A stretch of DNA of 20,000 nt from an uncultured virus (IMG/VR IMGVR_UViG_3300024308_000303) (Duplodnaviria > Heunggongvirae > Uroviricota > Caudoviricetes): IMG/VR virus record IMGVR_UViG_3300024308_000303. One strand, written 5' to 3'. The position numbers and the translations under genes were made by a program. Below, piece after piece: positions 1 through 7,533 of this stretch; positions within the stretch are counted from its first letter, which is position 1, and every line of letters starts with the position of its first letter. The notes under the pieces were generated by a model, which saw only the letters and a program-made list of their open reading frames with translations, did not search any database and was not told the origin of the DNA.

Positions 1-2
1 CA

Positions 3-164
3 AGTACATTAGAAATGGTCTGGAATGGAAAACCATATGTAGGAACTAAGAACAAAGATGCCTATCCTTCGTTCTCTGGGTTTAAATTTACAGCACCATG
101 TTCAGAGTTTTTTGATGTTTTACCTGCTGGTTCAACATTACAAATTAAAGTAAATGGCCATTAA
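3..164 (+). CDS. 3' end of a hypothetical protein running in from the window edge (...STLEMVWNGKPYVGTKNKDAYPSFSGFKFTAPCSEFFDVLPAGSTLQIKVNGH*)
   Basis: Open frame from position 3 to TAA at 162-164. The stop overlaps the stop of the convergent ORF 161..496. Confidence 0.65.
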   Translation, partial: STLEMVWNGKPYVGTKNKDAYPSFSGFKFTAPCSEFFDVLPAGSTLQIKVNGH

Positions 165-496
165 TAGAAAGGAAAGTCATCATCGTCATCGTCTGATTGG
201 CCATTTTTTGGCTCATAGAAATCGCTGATTTCTTCTTCTTTCTCAAAGATCTTGATTACTGATTCATCTTCTGTGATTGCAATAGGAACAAATTTATCTT
301 GTTTGTCTACCGAGAAATATCTGTATTCAACTGAATACAATAGATCATCTTGGGCACGATAAATAAACAGCCCTGATGTTTCTTCATGAGAATGCCAAGC
401 ATCATCATAGATAACTTCTTTTACATTATCAATATCAGCTTGTGAAAAGCTTGCAAAGTTATCAGTGAAGAATTCAGAAAGCTCTATTTGGTTCAT
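161..496 (-). CDS. Highly acidic hypothetical protein (111 aa) ending DDDDDDFPFY
   Basis: GGAG Shine-Dalgarno upstream of ATG and extended -10 (TGgTATAAT, -10 at 524-529). About 30 D/E versus 8 K/R. Confidence 0.85.
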   Translation of the reverse strand: MNQIELSEFFTDNFASFSQADIDNVKEVIYDDAWHSHEETSGLFIYRAQDDLLYSVEYRYFSVDKQDKFVPIAITEDESVIKIFEKEEEISDFYEPKNGQSDDDDDDFPFY

Positions 497-570
497 AATG
501 TTGACTCCAATAAGTTTAGGTTTATTATACCAAAAAAGATCATAAAATAAAAGAGATTTAAATTAAAATA

Positions 571-598
571 TTGAAAAGTGCCATCAAAATGATAGCAT
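571..598 (+). promoter_or_regulatory. sigma70-like promoter for 621..794
   Basis: TTGAAA-N16-TAGCAT with TG extension. Confidence 0.45.
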
Positions 599-620
599 AA
601 AATTAATAAGGAGGGAAAAC

Positions 621-794
621 ATGTATATGATAACAAGCGTATTAACCATCGCTCTGGCTTTAATGATGGGTCTTGCAACGATATTTATAAGTGATATGTC
701 ACTTTGGGAAAATAAATTAATTGTAGGCGTTACCTTGGTGTTTTCAATAACTGTTATAATTCACATCATAATGAAATGGAAAGAACTTAATTGA
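621..794 (+). CDS. Small two-TM membrane protein (57 aa, MYMITSVLTIALALMMGLATIFISDMSLWENKLIVGVTLVFSITVIIHIIMKWKELN), absent from the ORF track
   Basis: Strong SD AAGGAGG before ATG 621, two hydrophobic stretches, and a terminator immediately downstream. Confidence 0.8.
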   Translation: MYMITSVLTIALALMMGLATIFISDMSLWENKLIVGVTLVFSITVIIHIIMKWKELN

Positions 795-802
795 TGGAAA
801 AT

Positions 803-828
803 AAAAAAGGCCCCAAAGGAGCCTTTTT
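803..828. terminator. Bidirectional intrinsic terminator
   Basis: AAAAAAGGC-CCCAAAGGA-GCCTTTTT between convergent genes. Confidence 0.75.
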
Positions 829-839
829 CTGTTTATTAC

Positions 840-962
840 TTAACGACGCTTATCTCTTTCAAAACGACGCCAATCTCGTTCTTTTTGTCGTTCAACATCG
901 GCTTCACGTTGCATATAAGCCAGTTCAATTTCACGTTGCACTTTTTCACTTTGTTTCTTCAT
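840..962 (-). CDS. Small charged helical protein (40 aa, MKKQSEKVQREIELAYMQREADVERQKERDWRRFERDKRR), absent from the ORF track
   Basis: AGGAG SD 7 nt before ATG. The ORF ends just before the terminator and has upstream promoters. Confidence 0.8.
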   Translation of the reverse strand: MKKQSEKVQREIELAYMQREADVERQKERDWRRFERDKRR

Positions 963-1045
963 AATGTAACTCCTAAGACAGTTAAATAAATTTTTTAAAT
1001 CGTTAAATCTTCTCAATCATCAATCTTAATATATTTAACTAAGTT

Positions 1046-1060
1046 TTACATTGGCTTCAT
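1046..1060 (-). other. Mini-ORF MKPM* with its own strong SD
   Basis: TAGGAG-AATGATTT-ATG AAG CCA ATG TAA on the minus strand. Confidence 0.5.
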
Positions 1061-1207
1061 AAATCATTCTCCTAAAAAACCATAATCAGAATTGTTAAGT
1101 ATCGTGTGCGTTTTAAAAATCAAGCTTGCATGCATATTGGTTTGCCGCGATTAGCTCTGTATTTTACACGACTTCGGTGTTTAAACCTTATCTTTTTAAC
1201 TTGCTGT

Positions 1208-1236
1208 ATTCTAACACTTTTTTTCTTATTTGGCAA
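1208..1236 (-). promoter_or_regulatory. sigma70-like promoter (proximal) for the 840..962 unit
   Basis: TTGCCA-N17-TAGAAT with TG extension. Confidence 0.7.
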
Positions 1237-1274
1237 GCTTTTTTATTTTTATGCTTGTTTGTTGTGTTGAAGCT

Positions 1275-1303
1275 ATAGTATCAATTTGAAATTTTTTTTG
1301 CAA
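1275..1303 (-). promoter_or_regulatory. sigma70-like promoter (distal, tandem)
   Basis: TTGCAA-N17-TACTAT with TG extension. Confidence 0.6.
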
Positions 1304-1666
1304 CTACTTTTTGTACTTTCTTACTGTTTTCTTTTCAAAAAAATGAAGATGTCTCATACCAACACAATCAAGATATTGAACACCAATTACAGACCCACAG
1401 CATAAACATTCGATTGGCTTGTCATAATTACCACAACACCCCCAACCTTTGCTGTATTTTAATTGTTGAGGATCTAAAAAACAATCGTCTCCAGTAATGT
1501 AATCATTTTTATATTTTAACGTATATGCTGATAACCACATAACATGACGGAAAAGAGAAAAACTGCCTTTACAAACAAAATTCTCATCACCAGAAATACC
1601 CAATCGTCTGATTGGATAAAGTGATGTTGTATTAATCATTTGACATTTTCTACAAGCTATATACAT
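1304..1666 (-). CDS. Cys-rich putative zinc-binding protein, Yippee/Mis18/CULT-like (120 aa from ATG 1666)
   Basis: N-terminal CxxC (IACRKC) and distal CxxCGxxIGxxY (CLCCGSVIGVQY). The ATG 5 nt past the upstream stop is preferred over the track's TTG at 1687. Confidence 0.65.
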   Translation of the reverse strand: MYIACRKCQMINTTSLYPIRRLGISGDENFVCKGSFSLFRHVMWLSAYTLKYKNDYITGDDCFLDPQQLKYSKGWGCCGNYDKPIECLCCGSVIGVQYLDCVGMRHLHFFEKKTVRKYKK

Positions 1667-1671
1667 AAGAA

Positions 1672-1902
1672 TTAAGAGGTCTGACAAGTATATTTAAGTT
1701 TGAATGAATCAACAGACTCTTTATTATGAACACCATAATTAGAGCTAAAATAAACAACACCATCAACAACACGATTAACAGTTAGCAGAATAGGTGTGCA
1801 ATATTTATCAACAATAGTATCCCCCATCAACCAAAGCTGACCATTTTTCGGTTCAGGTTGTTCTACCTTTTTATTGGAAAACAAATTTTTAAAGATATTC
1901 AT
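1672..1902 (-). CDS. Hypothetical protein (76 aa)
   Basis: GGAG 6 nt before ATG 1902. Tightly packed in the operon. Confidence 0.8.
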   Translation of the reverse strand: MNIFKNLFSNKKVEQPEPKNGQLWLMGDTIVDKYCTPILLTVNRVVDGVVYFSSNYGVHNKESVDSFKLKYTCQTS

Positions 1903-1917
1903 GTGAATCTCCAATCG

Positions 1918-2679
1918 TTAATAAGTAATAATTTCATTCAAATCAATTTCATTAACAAACTGATCCTTATAAGTATCATATTTTACCAAATATTGTTGAT
2001 AAAAGCTATTTAAATCTTTATTACTTGTATCAAATCCATATGATTTAAGAACATTTGACCCATAATTCATACCAAGGATCATTAAATGAACAAAAGTGTG
2101 CTCTTTTGAAAGATCAATATCTGTTGCCAGTGTTTTAGACATTGCTTTTGCTTTTGGATTTTCATTAATCAAATTAACATTTTGATAGAAAACTCTTGAA
2201 ATAAAAGCATTAGAATGATCGAATTCATATTCTATATATCTACCATTTGAAATGGGAACATGGATTTTAAAATTTGGCAAAAATTTATCACCTGATAGTG
2301 AACAACAAAGTAGATTAGGACAATCAGCAATAAAATGAACACCCAATACTTTAGCAATATCAGTTGATGCAGCAGTATCATTGGGTTCAATAGAACAACT
2401 GATACTGTTATAATCACCAACAGTATCAAAATACATCACTACTTTAACTGGAACGAGCACTTTATTGACAGCAGCTTTAAAAATAGCACTAACCGTCTTA
2501 GCACTGTTTGAGACAAATACAGGAATAGAAGTTGTAGCAGTACATTCAATTTCTACTTCAACTTTATTTGTTGAAGCAATAGATTTAATTTTTAGTTTAA
2601 ATATATCTAAAGCATATTGATATACATCTAAAGGTAATGCGTCCATAAGACGCATTTCTTTGAAAGTGTAACTAAACAT
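1918..2679 (-). CDS. Hypothetical protein (253 aa) with shared C-terminal motif (IDLNEIITY)
   Basis: Long ORF starting 2 nt after the upstream stop. Confidence 0.85.
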   Translation of the reverse strand: MFSYTFKEMRLMDALPLDVYQYALDIFKLKIKSIASTNKVEVEIECTATTSIPVFVSNSAKTVSAIFKAAVNKVLVPVKVVMYFDTVGDYNSISCSIEPNDTAASTDIAKVLGVHFIADCPNLLCCSLSGDKFLPNFKIHVPISNGRYIEYEFDHSNAFISRVFYQNVNLINENPKAKAMSKTLATDIDLSKEHTFVHLMILGMNYGSNVLKSYGFDTSNKDLNSFYQQYLVKYDTYKDQFVNEIDLNEIITY

Positions 2680-2681
2680 AA

Positions 2682-2867
2682 TTATGCCGCCTTTGAAATT
2701 CTTTTTTCAACTTTTTTAAGCTCTTTCTTAGCAATATCAAGAGCCAACTTAAACATAGCAGCAGATTTACCACTATCCTTTGAAATCAAGGTTTTCATGC
2801 CAGCAATATCCTTGATCAATTTATCTTGAGTTTCCTGCAATTTTTGAATATCAACTTCTTTTGCCAT
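2682..2867 (-). CDS. Small Lys-rich coiled-coil protein (61 aa)
   Basis: GGAGG SD before ATG 2867. TGtTGTATAAT-type -10 at 2898-2903. Confidence 0.8.
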   Translation of the reverse strand: MAKEVDIQKLQETQDKLIKDIAGMKTLISKDSGKSAAMFKLALDIAKKELKKVEKRISKAA

Positions 2868-2946
2868 TTTCAAAGTCCTCCATTGCTATTTAATCACATT
2901 ATACAACAAAAAAAGACCTAACACAATAAAAAAAATCTGACGTTTG

Positions 2947-4674
2947 TCAGATCTTGTTTTTAAACTTTTCTTGAATGGCTTGATGGCATAGTTGTTCTAT
3001 TTTACAATCTAAATCAAAATCAATACTATCATGACCTGCACTATCAACAAAACGTTCAAGTTCTTTTTGTAATGCAATACGTTCACGATAAGATAGTTTT
3101 GAATCTACAATATGTAATGGCCCATCTATTAAATGATATCTATTATTTGAAAATTCTTTTTCAAATGATTTTGAGAATAACACAGTATCCTTATAATCAA
3201 TCATAACATCTCGAATAATGGATACAACATTCTCTTTACTCATATTGCCAATTGAAAATCTTGGGTTTAGGCTAAAATTAACTAATATTTCATTTTTAGC
3301 CGCATAATCAAATACAGCTTTGAAAGTGGATTTAACATTGTCAGGATTAGCACACGCTTTTATTATAAGAGAATTTATAGCTAACTCTTTAACTTTATTG
3401 TCTTCATAAAGTTCACACTTTACAAACATGTCAGCATTAAATTGATTTTTAGATACAAAAAATAATGTTTCATCATTAAATGTTAATTCTAATTTATCTG
3501 CATACATACCAAAGTTAATCATATAAGATTCAGTAGTTGATGACCAAGCAGCAGCTAAATCAGAAACATCAACTTTGTCTAACATAAGATAAAATGAATC
3601 AGTATAATTCGTAATAGAATCATGATTACCATTGATATCTAATTCTTTGTTTTGAATAATATCAACATCATGAACAGTATAATCAATAATTGGATATTTA
3701 TCTGAAAGTGTTTCACTTAATTCAAAGAGGGCTTTGCTTGTGATTTCTTCATTTAATATGTCCTCTAATACTGGAGCCGAGGTTACTTTGTCTGTAAAAA
3801 GTTCAACTTGTGTTTTCACATTACTAAGTTCAAAAGAGTTATAAAAAGCCATAGTGATTTCTTTAAGATCAGATGAAGTTAACATTTTACCTATCAATGT
3901 ATTTTCAAATAATGGATTATTTTGAGCTAAGCTTAATAATTCTTCAAAAGAATGATCTCTTAGATGAAGAAAACCATCTACTGCTAAAATTTTATTTAAA
4001 GAATCCCCTTCAAAGAAATCTAGAAGAGATTGATTAGAAATAGGATATGAATAACGTAAAGAAAAATCATGTAATTCACGGATAACATTTAGAGATGCAT
4101 CTTCATAAACATTAGATTTTACTGTTGGATTATGCAGAAGGTCTTTAAACTTAGATAACTGAACAAGAGGTTTAGAATTAATAAATCCATATTCATTTAA
4201 TTCTAAATTGTACTCATTTTGTATAAGAGTATGAAAAATCCAAGTATGACTTAATAAAAGTCCAAGATGATTAACAGCAGTAGAAATTTCAACATCAGAA
4301 AACTCTGTTTGAAGATCATAAAAGTTATCCATATCCTGAACAATGTTATTAAATCTTTCAAGTAATTCCCTATCCTTTTGTGTATGTATAGAATTTGAGA
4401 ATGTAGATTTATCAATTTCTTCATCACGTATAGTGAATTGACGACCATCAAAACGAATCAATTGATATTCAGGATGTGATTTATAATTCAACAACCTTTT
4501 AAGGCTAAAGCTGGAATCAGCATGCTGATGTAAATGAAGATCACCATAAGTTTCTTTTAAAGCAGTATTCTGAATGAGTTGATATAATCCCAATGTAATG
4601 AAATTATTATCAACAATACCATAATGTTTTTTACTGATATCTTTTGCAATTTCTATATAATTTTTTATCTTCAT
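2947..4674 (-). CDS. Large hypothetical protein (575 aa)
   Basis: Long ORF 6 nt downstream of the upstream gene. No recognised motif. Confidence 0.9.
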   Translation of the reverse strand: MKIKNYIEIAKDISKKHYGIVDNNFITLGLYQLIQNTALKETYGDLHLHQHADSSFSLKRLLNYKSHPEYQLIRFDGRQFTIRDEEIDKSTFSNSIHTQKDRELLERFNNIVQDMDNFYDLQTEFSDVEISTAVNHLGLLLSHTWIFHTLIQNEYNLELNEYGFINSKPLVQLSKFKDLLHNPTVKSNVYEDASLNVIRELHDFSLRYSYPISNQSLLDFFEGDSLNKILAVDGFLHLRDHSFEELLSLAQNNPLFENTLIGKMLTSSDLKEITMAFYNSFELSNVKTQVELFTDKVTSAPVLEDILNEEITSKALFELSETLSDKYPIIDYTVHDVDIIQNKELDINGNHDSITNYTDSFYLMLDKVDVSDLAAAWSSTTESYMINFGMYADKLELTFNDETLFFVSKNQFNADMFVKCELYEDNKVKELAINSLIIKACANPDNVKSTFKAVFDYAAKNEILVNFSLNPRFSIGNMSKENVVSIIRDVMIDYKDTVLFSKSFEKEFSNNRYHLIDGPLHIVDSKLSYRERIALQKELERFVDSAGHDSIDFDLDCKIEQLCHQAIQEKFKNKI

Positions 4675-4680
4675 AATTGT

Positions 4681-6492
4681 TTATGCTTGTTTTAAGGTTA
4701 ATTTATTTTTACTTTGCACATCATTCATCTCAAGAATTTTTAATTTCAAGCTTTCATTCATATATGGTTCATATTCTTCAAATTGTAAAGCCAGTATTTT
4801 ATATCTAAAATCAGTTACAATAGGTAATCCAGTAACACTATCATCATTCTTTTTATGAGCAGCATAAAGAGTTCCATCATCATTAATGGTGATACCTATC
4901 ATTGAAAGTGTATCTTCTGATTCTTTAGTAAAGTCATATATAAAATATTGATTCTGATTATTATTGGTATAATCATTAAAATATGTGCTTGAACGAGATA
5001 TGCACCAATTGTTTGTTCCAAGTTTATTACTTTCTTCAAAGTTATTGATTTGTATGATTGCCATATCATCATTGATGAACAATGCTTTTTTATTTATAGT
5101 CTCTAATTGTCTTTCAACAGTGGCTTTACCAAACACAAATAACTCATCGTGAAGTTTTTTAACAAAATCATTGAAGTCTTCTGGGCTTTTCAATAAAGAC
5201 AACTTCTTACCAATATAGTCTTGTATGAATTCTTTTTTTAAGCCTTCATCATAAAACTTTTCAAAGAAAGGATATGCAGTATCAGTATACAAATGTTTAT
5301 TTTTTGCACTTAATATGCTGCCTGCATATTGAGTTACTTTATGTTTTTTAACACTGTTAACAATGAAGTCATCCATTACTTCAAATGATTTTTCGAAAAA
5401 GTCATTTGGAATTCCAATAATTTTCAATACATTGTAATTAGCTATAAAGTTATCCACTGTTGAAATTGCTTTCTCAATTTCACCATCTTCTTTAAATTTA
5501 TTCTTAAATAATTTTGCAAATGTAGGTTGTTTTCTCATTTTGTAATCAATAATGTCTACAAACAATTCATTGATTTTATCTTTAAGTTCAGTGCCACTGT
5601 TAGGGATTAAAAGATTACCATCCCTTTCAATGAAGAGAAAACTAGCATCAGCAAACATTATGGCTTTTTGATTTTTTTGAGAACGGCTTAGCTCAACAGT
5701 TTCAAAAAAAGTTTCATCAATTTTTTCAAATAAGAATTTTTGAACATTTGATAAAGATTCTGTTTCTGTTAATGCTATTGATTTGTAAGATTCTGCATAA
5801 TTTTCCAATGCAGATGGATTATTAATACGCACTTTTGCTAAAATTTTTTCTGTTAACGATACATATTTATCTTTTTGATTAACAAGCCCATTAAATCCAG
5901 ATCGGCAAAGATCTTCAAGAGTTCCACTTTTAAAGAACTCCATATTATCAGTAATATACTTGATAATATCCTTACCTTTATTATTTTTAATATCAAGGGT
6001 ATCACCATAATCTGCGTAAGTAACAGCTTTAAAACGTAGTGTTTCAATCGCTTTTTTAAATTGTTCCACTTTTTTTAGAATGGCTAAACTTTCATTATGT
6101 ATTTGATTGAATGTAGTTAATTCATCACTTATGTCAACATTGTTTTTCTTAGCAAAGTCTATCCATTGGGAGAAAATTAAATTAATACCATTACCAAATG
6201 TTTTTTTATTAGCTCCAATAAAAACATTGTCAAAATTAAAACGAGTAATGGTTAATATATCTGATCGTTCTACTGTATCTTGATAGTAATATTTTTCTAT
6301 AGTATTAAATGTTTTTAATTTTGCTACTTTATCAGGATTATTAATGATATGACGAACCATTGAATTACCTAATCCATAATTACTGTCAAAAAATTCTTCA
6401 AACCCTAAAAAGTTAAATTCCTTTTGATTTATTTGTTCACGGCTATAATGTGTGATGCCATTCGTGTAAGCAGCAAATTTAGATATGTCCAT
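4681..6492 (-). CDS. Hypothetical protein (603 aa) with C-terminal PcfJ-like 'WC' domain
   Basis: IIQINNFEESNKLGTNNWCISRSSTYFNDY...QYFIYD resembles the PcfJ-like domain common in large phages (recognised by eye). Confidence 0.7.
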   Translation of the reverse strand: MDISKFAAYTNGITHYSREQINQKEFNFLGFEEFFDSNYGLGNSMVRHIINNPDKVAKLKTFNTIEKYYYQDTVERSDILTITRFNFDNVFIGANKKTFGNGINLIFSQWIDFAKKNNVDISDELTTFNQIHNESLAILKKVEQFKKAIETLRFKAVTYADYGDTLDIKNNKGKDIIKYITDNMEFFKSGTLEDLCRSGFNGLVNQKDKYVSLTEKILAKVRINNPSALENYAESYKSIALTETESLSNVQKFLFEKIDETFFETVELSRSQKNQKAIMFADASFLFIERDGNLLIPNSGTELKDKINELFVDIIDYKMRKQPTFAKLFKNKFKEDGEIEKAISTVDNFIANYNVLKIIGIPNDFFEKSFEVMDDFIVNSVKKHKVTQYAGSILSAKNKHLYTDTAYPFFEKFYDEGLKKEFIQDYIGKKLSLLKSPEDFNDFVKKLHDELFVFGKATVERQLETINKKALFINDDMAIIQINNFEESNKLGTNNWCISRSSTYFNDYTNNNQNQYFIYDFTKESEDTLSMIGITINDDGTLYAAHKKNDDSVTGLPIVTDFRYKILALQFEEYEPYMNESLKLKILEMNDVQSKNKLTLKQA

Positions 6493-6562
6493 TAAAATTT
6501 TAAATGTTTATCTATTTATTATATCACAATTCAATATTAAAAAAAGAATCTAAATAATTAAA

Positions 6563-6591
6563 TTGATTAAAACATGGCGATATGATAAAAT
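6563..6591 (+). promoter_or_regulatory. sigma70-like promoter
   Basis: TTGATT-N17-TAAAAT with TG extension. Confidence 0.6.
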
Positions 6592-6611
6592 AGCGAAAAA
6601 TGGAGTATAAA

Positions 6612-6854
6612 ATGAGAAAATATTTCAATAGTAGAGCACATTTCATGTGCTATTTAATATGCTTTTTGTTTGCTGTTTCAATATGGATAAGCTTCTACAT
6701 ACATGGAGAATTAGAAACACAATTCAATTTTATGAATATAATGTCATCTCTATTTGCATTGTTTATACTCCCAAGGCATATGTATAAACAGTTACATTTT
6801 GAATCAAGAGATTTAGAAAGAGCAGAGAGACTTAAAAATTCAATAGAAGCATAA
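6612..6854 (+). CDS. Small two-TM membrane protein (80 aa)
   Basis: GGAG 6 nt before ATG 6612. Two hydrophobic segments. Confidence 0.8.
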   Translation: MRKYFNSRAHFMCYLICFLFAVSIWISFYIHGELETQFNFMNIMSSLFALFILPRHMYKQLHFESRDLERAERLKNSIEA

Positions 6855-6880
6855 AAAAAAGGCCATTGAATGGCCTTTTT
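6853..6880. terminator. Bidirectional intrinsic terminator
   Basis: A-run, GGCCA-TTGAA-TGGCC hairpin, T-run, between convergent genes. Confidence 0.85.
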
Positions 6881-6885
6881 ATTTA

Positions 6886-7443
6886 TTAGATTAAATGACC
6901 ATATGCTTTTTCAGTCCAATAACTCAATTGACCATTACGCACACGTTCAGGCATATCTTCTGCTTTGGGATCAATGGAGTAAAGATATTCAAGAACCTTA
7001 ATCCACGTTTCAGCAAAATCATTAACATCACATTCAAACACTCTATTGCCAATAGGATAATTGTAATGCATATTTTTTCCATCCCAATGACAAGTGCCAT
7101 AATGTTCTGATGCATCAATGTGAATGTTACGCCGCCCATCACCATACAAGAACAACTGAAAACGAATTTCTACATGATGACAATCAATCTCTTTACCCAA
7201 CCATTGTTGCTTGTTGTCAATATGGTGATGCATAAGATAGCGAACAAAGCTACCACCAGCATAATCAATTCTAGGATTGCCAACCACATGACGGATGTGA
7301 TTCCGAAGTTCATCAAAGAAATCAATTACTGAAAAATCGTCAGATTTCATTTTTTTAGGTTTAGGCTGTTTATTAGTTTCATAACGCCAAATAAGAACTA
7401 CTGGCAGAATGAATAAAATAACAAAAATAATGGCTCCCCACAT
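6886..7443 (-). CDS. Membrane-anchored His-rich hypothetical protein (185 aa)
   Basis: N-terminal TM followed by a basic stretch. GAGGG SD and its own promoter. Confidence 0.85.
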   Translation of the reverse strand: MWGAIIFVILFILPVVLIWRYETNKQPKPKKMKSDDFSVIDFFDELRNHIRHVVGNPRIDYAGGSFVRYLMHHHIDNKQQWLGKEIDCHHVEIRFQLFLYGDGRRNIHIDASEHYGTCHWDGKNMHYNYPIGNRVFECDVNDFAETWIKVLEYLYSIDPKAEDMPERVRNGQLSYWTEKAYGHLI

Positions 7444-7472
7444 GATGCTGCCCTCATGATTTAAGATGACCT

Positions 7473-7501
7473 ATTATACCAAAAGTAACCTAAATAGGCA
7501 A
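7473..7501 (-). promoter_or_regulatory. sigma70-like promoter
   Basis: TTGCCT-N17-TATAAT with TG extension. Confidence 0.75.
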
Positions 7502-7507
7502 CATTTT

Positions 7508-7533
7508 AAAAAGTAACCTGTAGAGGTTACTTT
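7508..7533 (-). terminator. Hairpin / probable terminator after 7532..8299
   Basis: Perfect 10-bp inverted repeat AAAGTAACCT-N4-AGGTTACTTT ending in U5 on the minus strand. Confidence 0.6.

Noticed and set aside
493..678. 61-aa minus-strand ORF from the track
   Set aside because: TTG start without SD. It covers a divergent promoter region and overlaps the better-supported 621..794 gene.
1120..1150. GGCAAACC on the minus strand resembling the c-di-GMP-I riboswitch
   Set aside because: The following GAAA-loop hairpin and GACGCAAAGC elements are absent.
197..1854. Hexapeptide EPKNGQ in both 161..496 and 1672..1902
   Set aside because: Flanks are unrelated and codons differ, so it is most likely chance.
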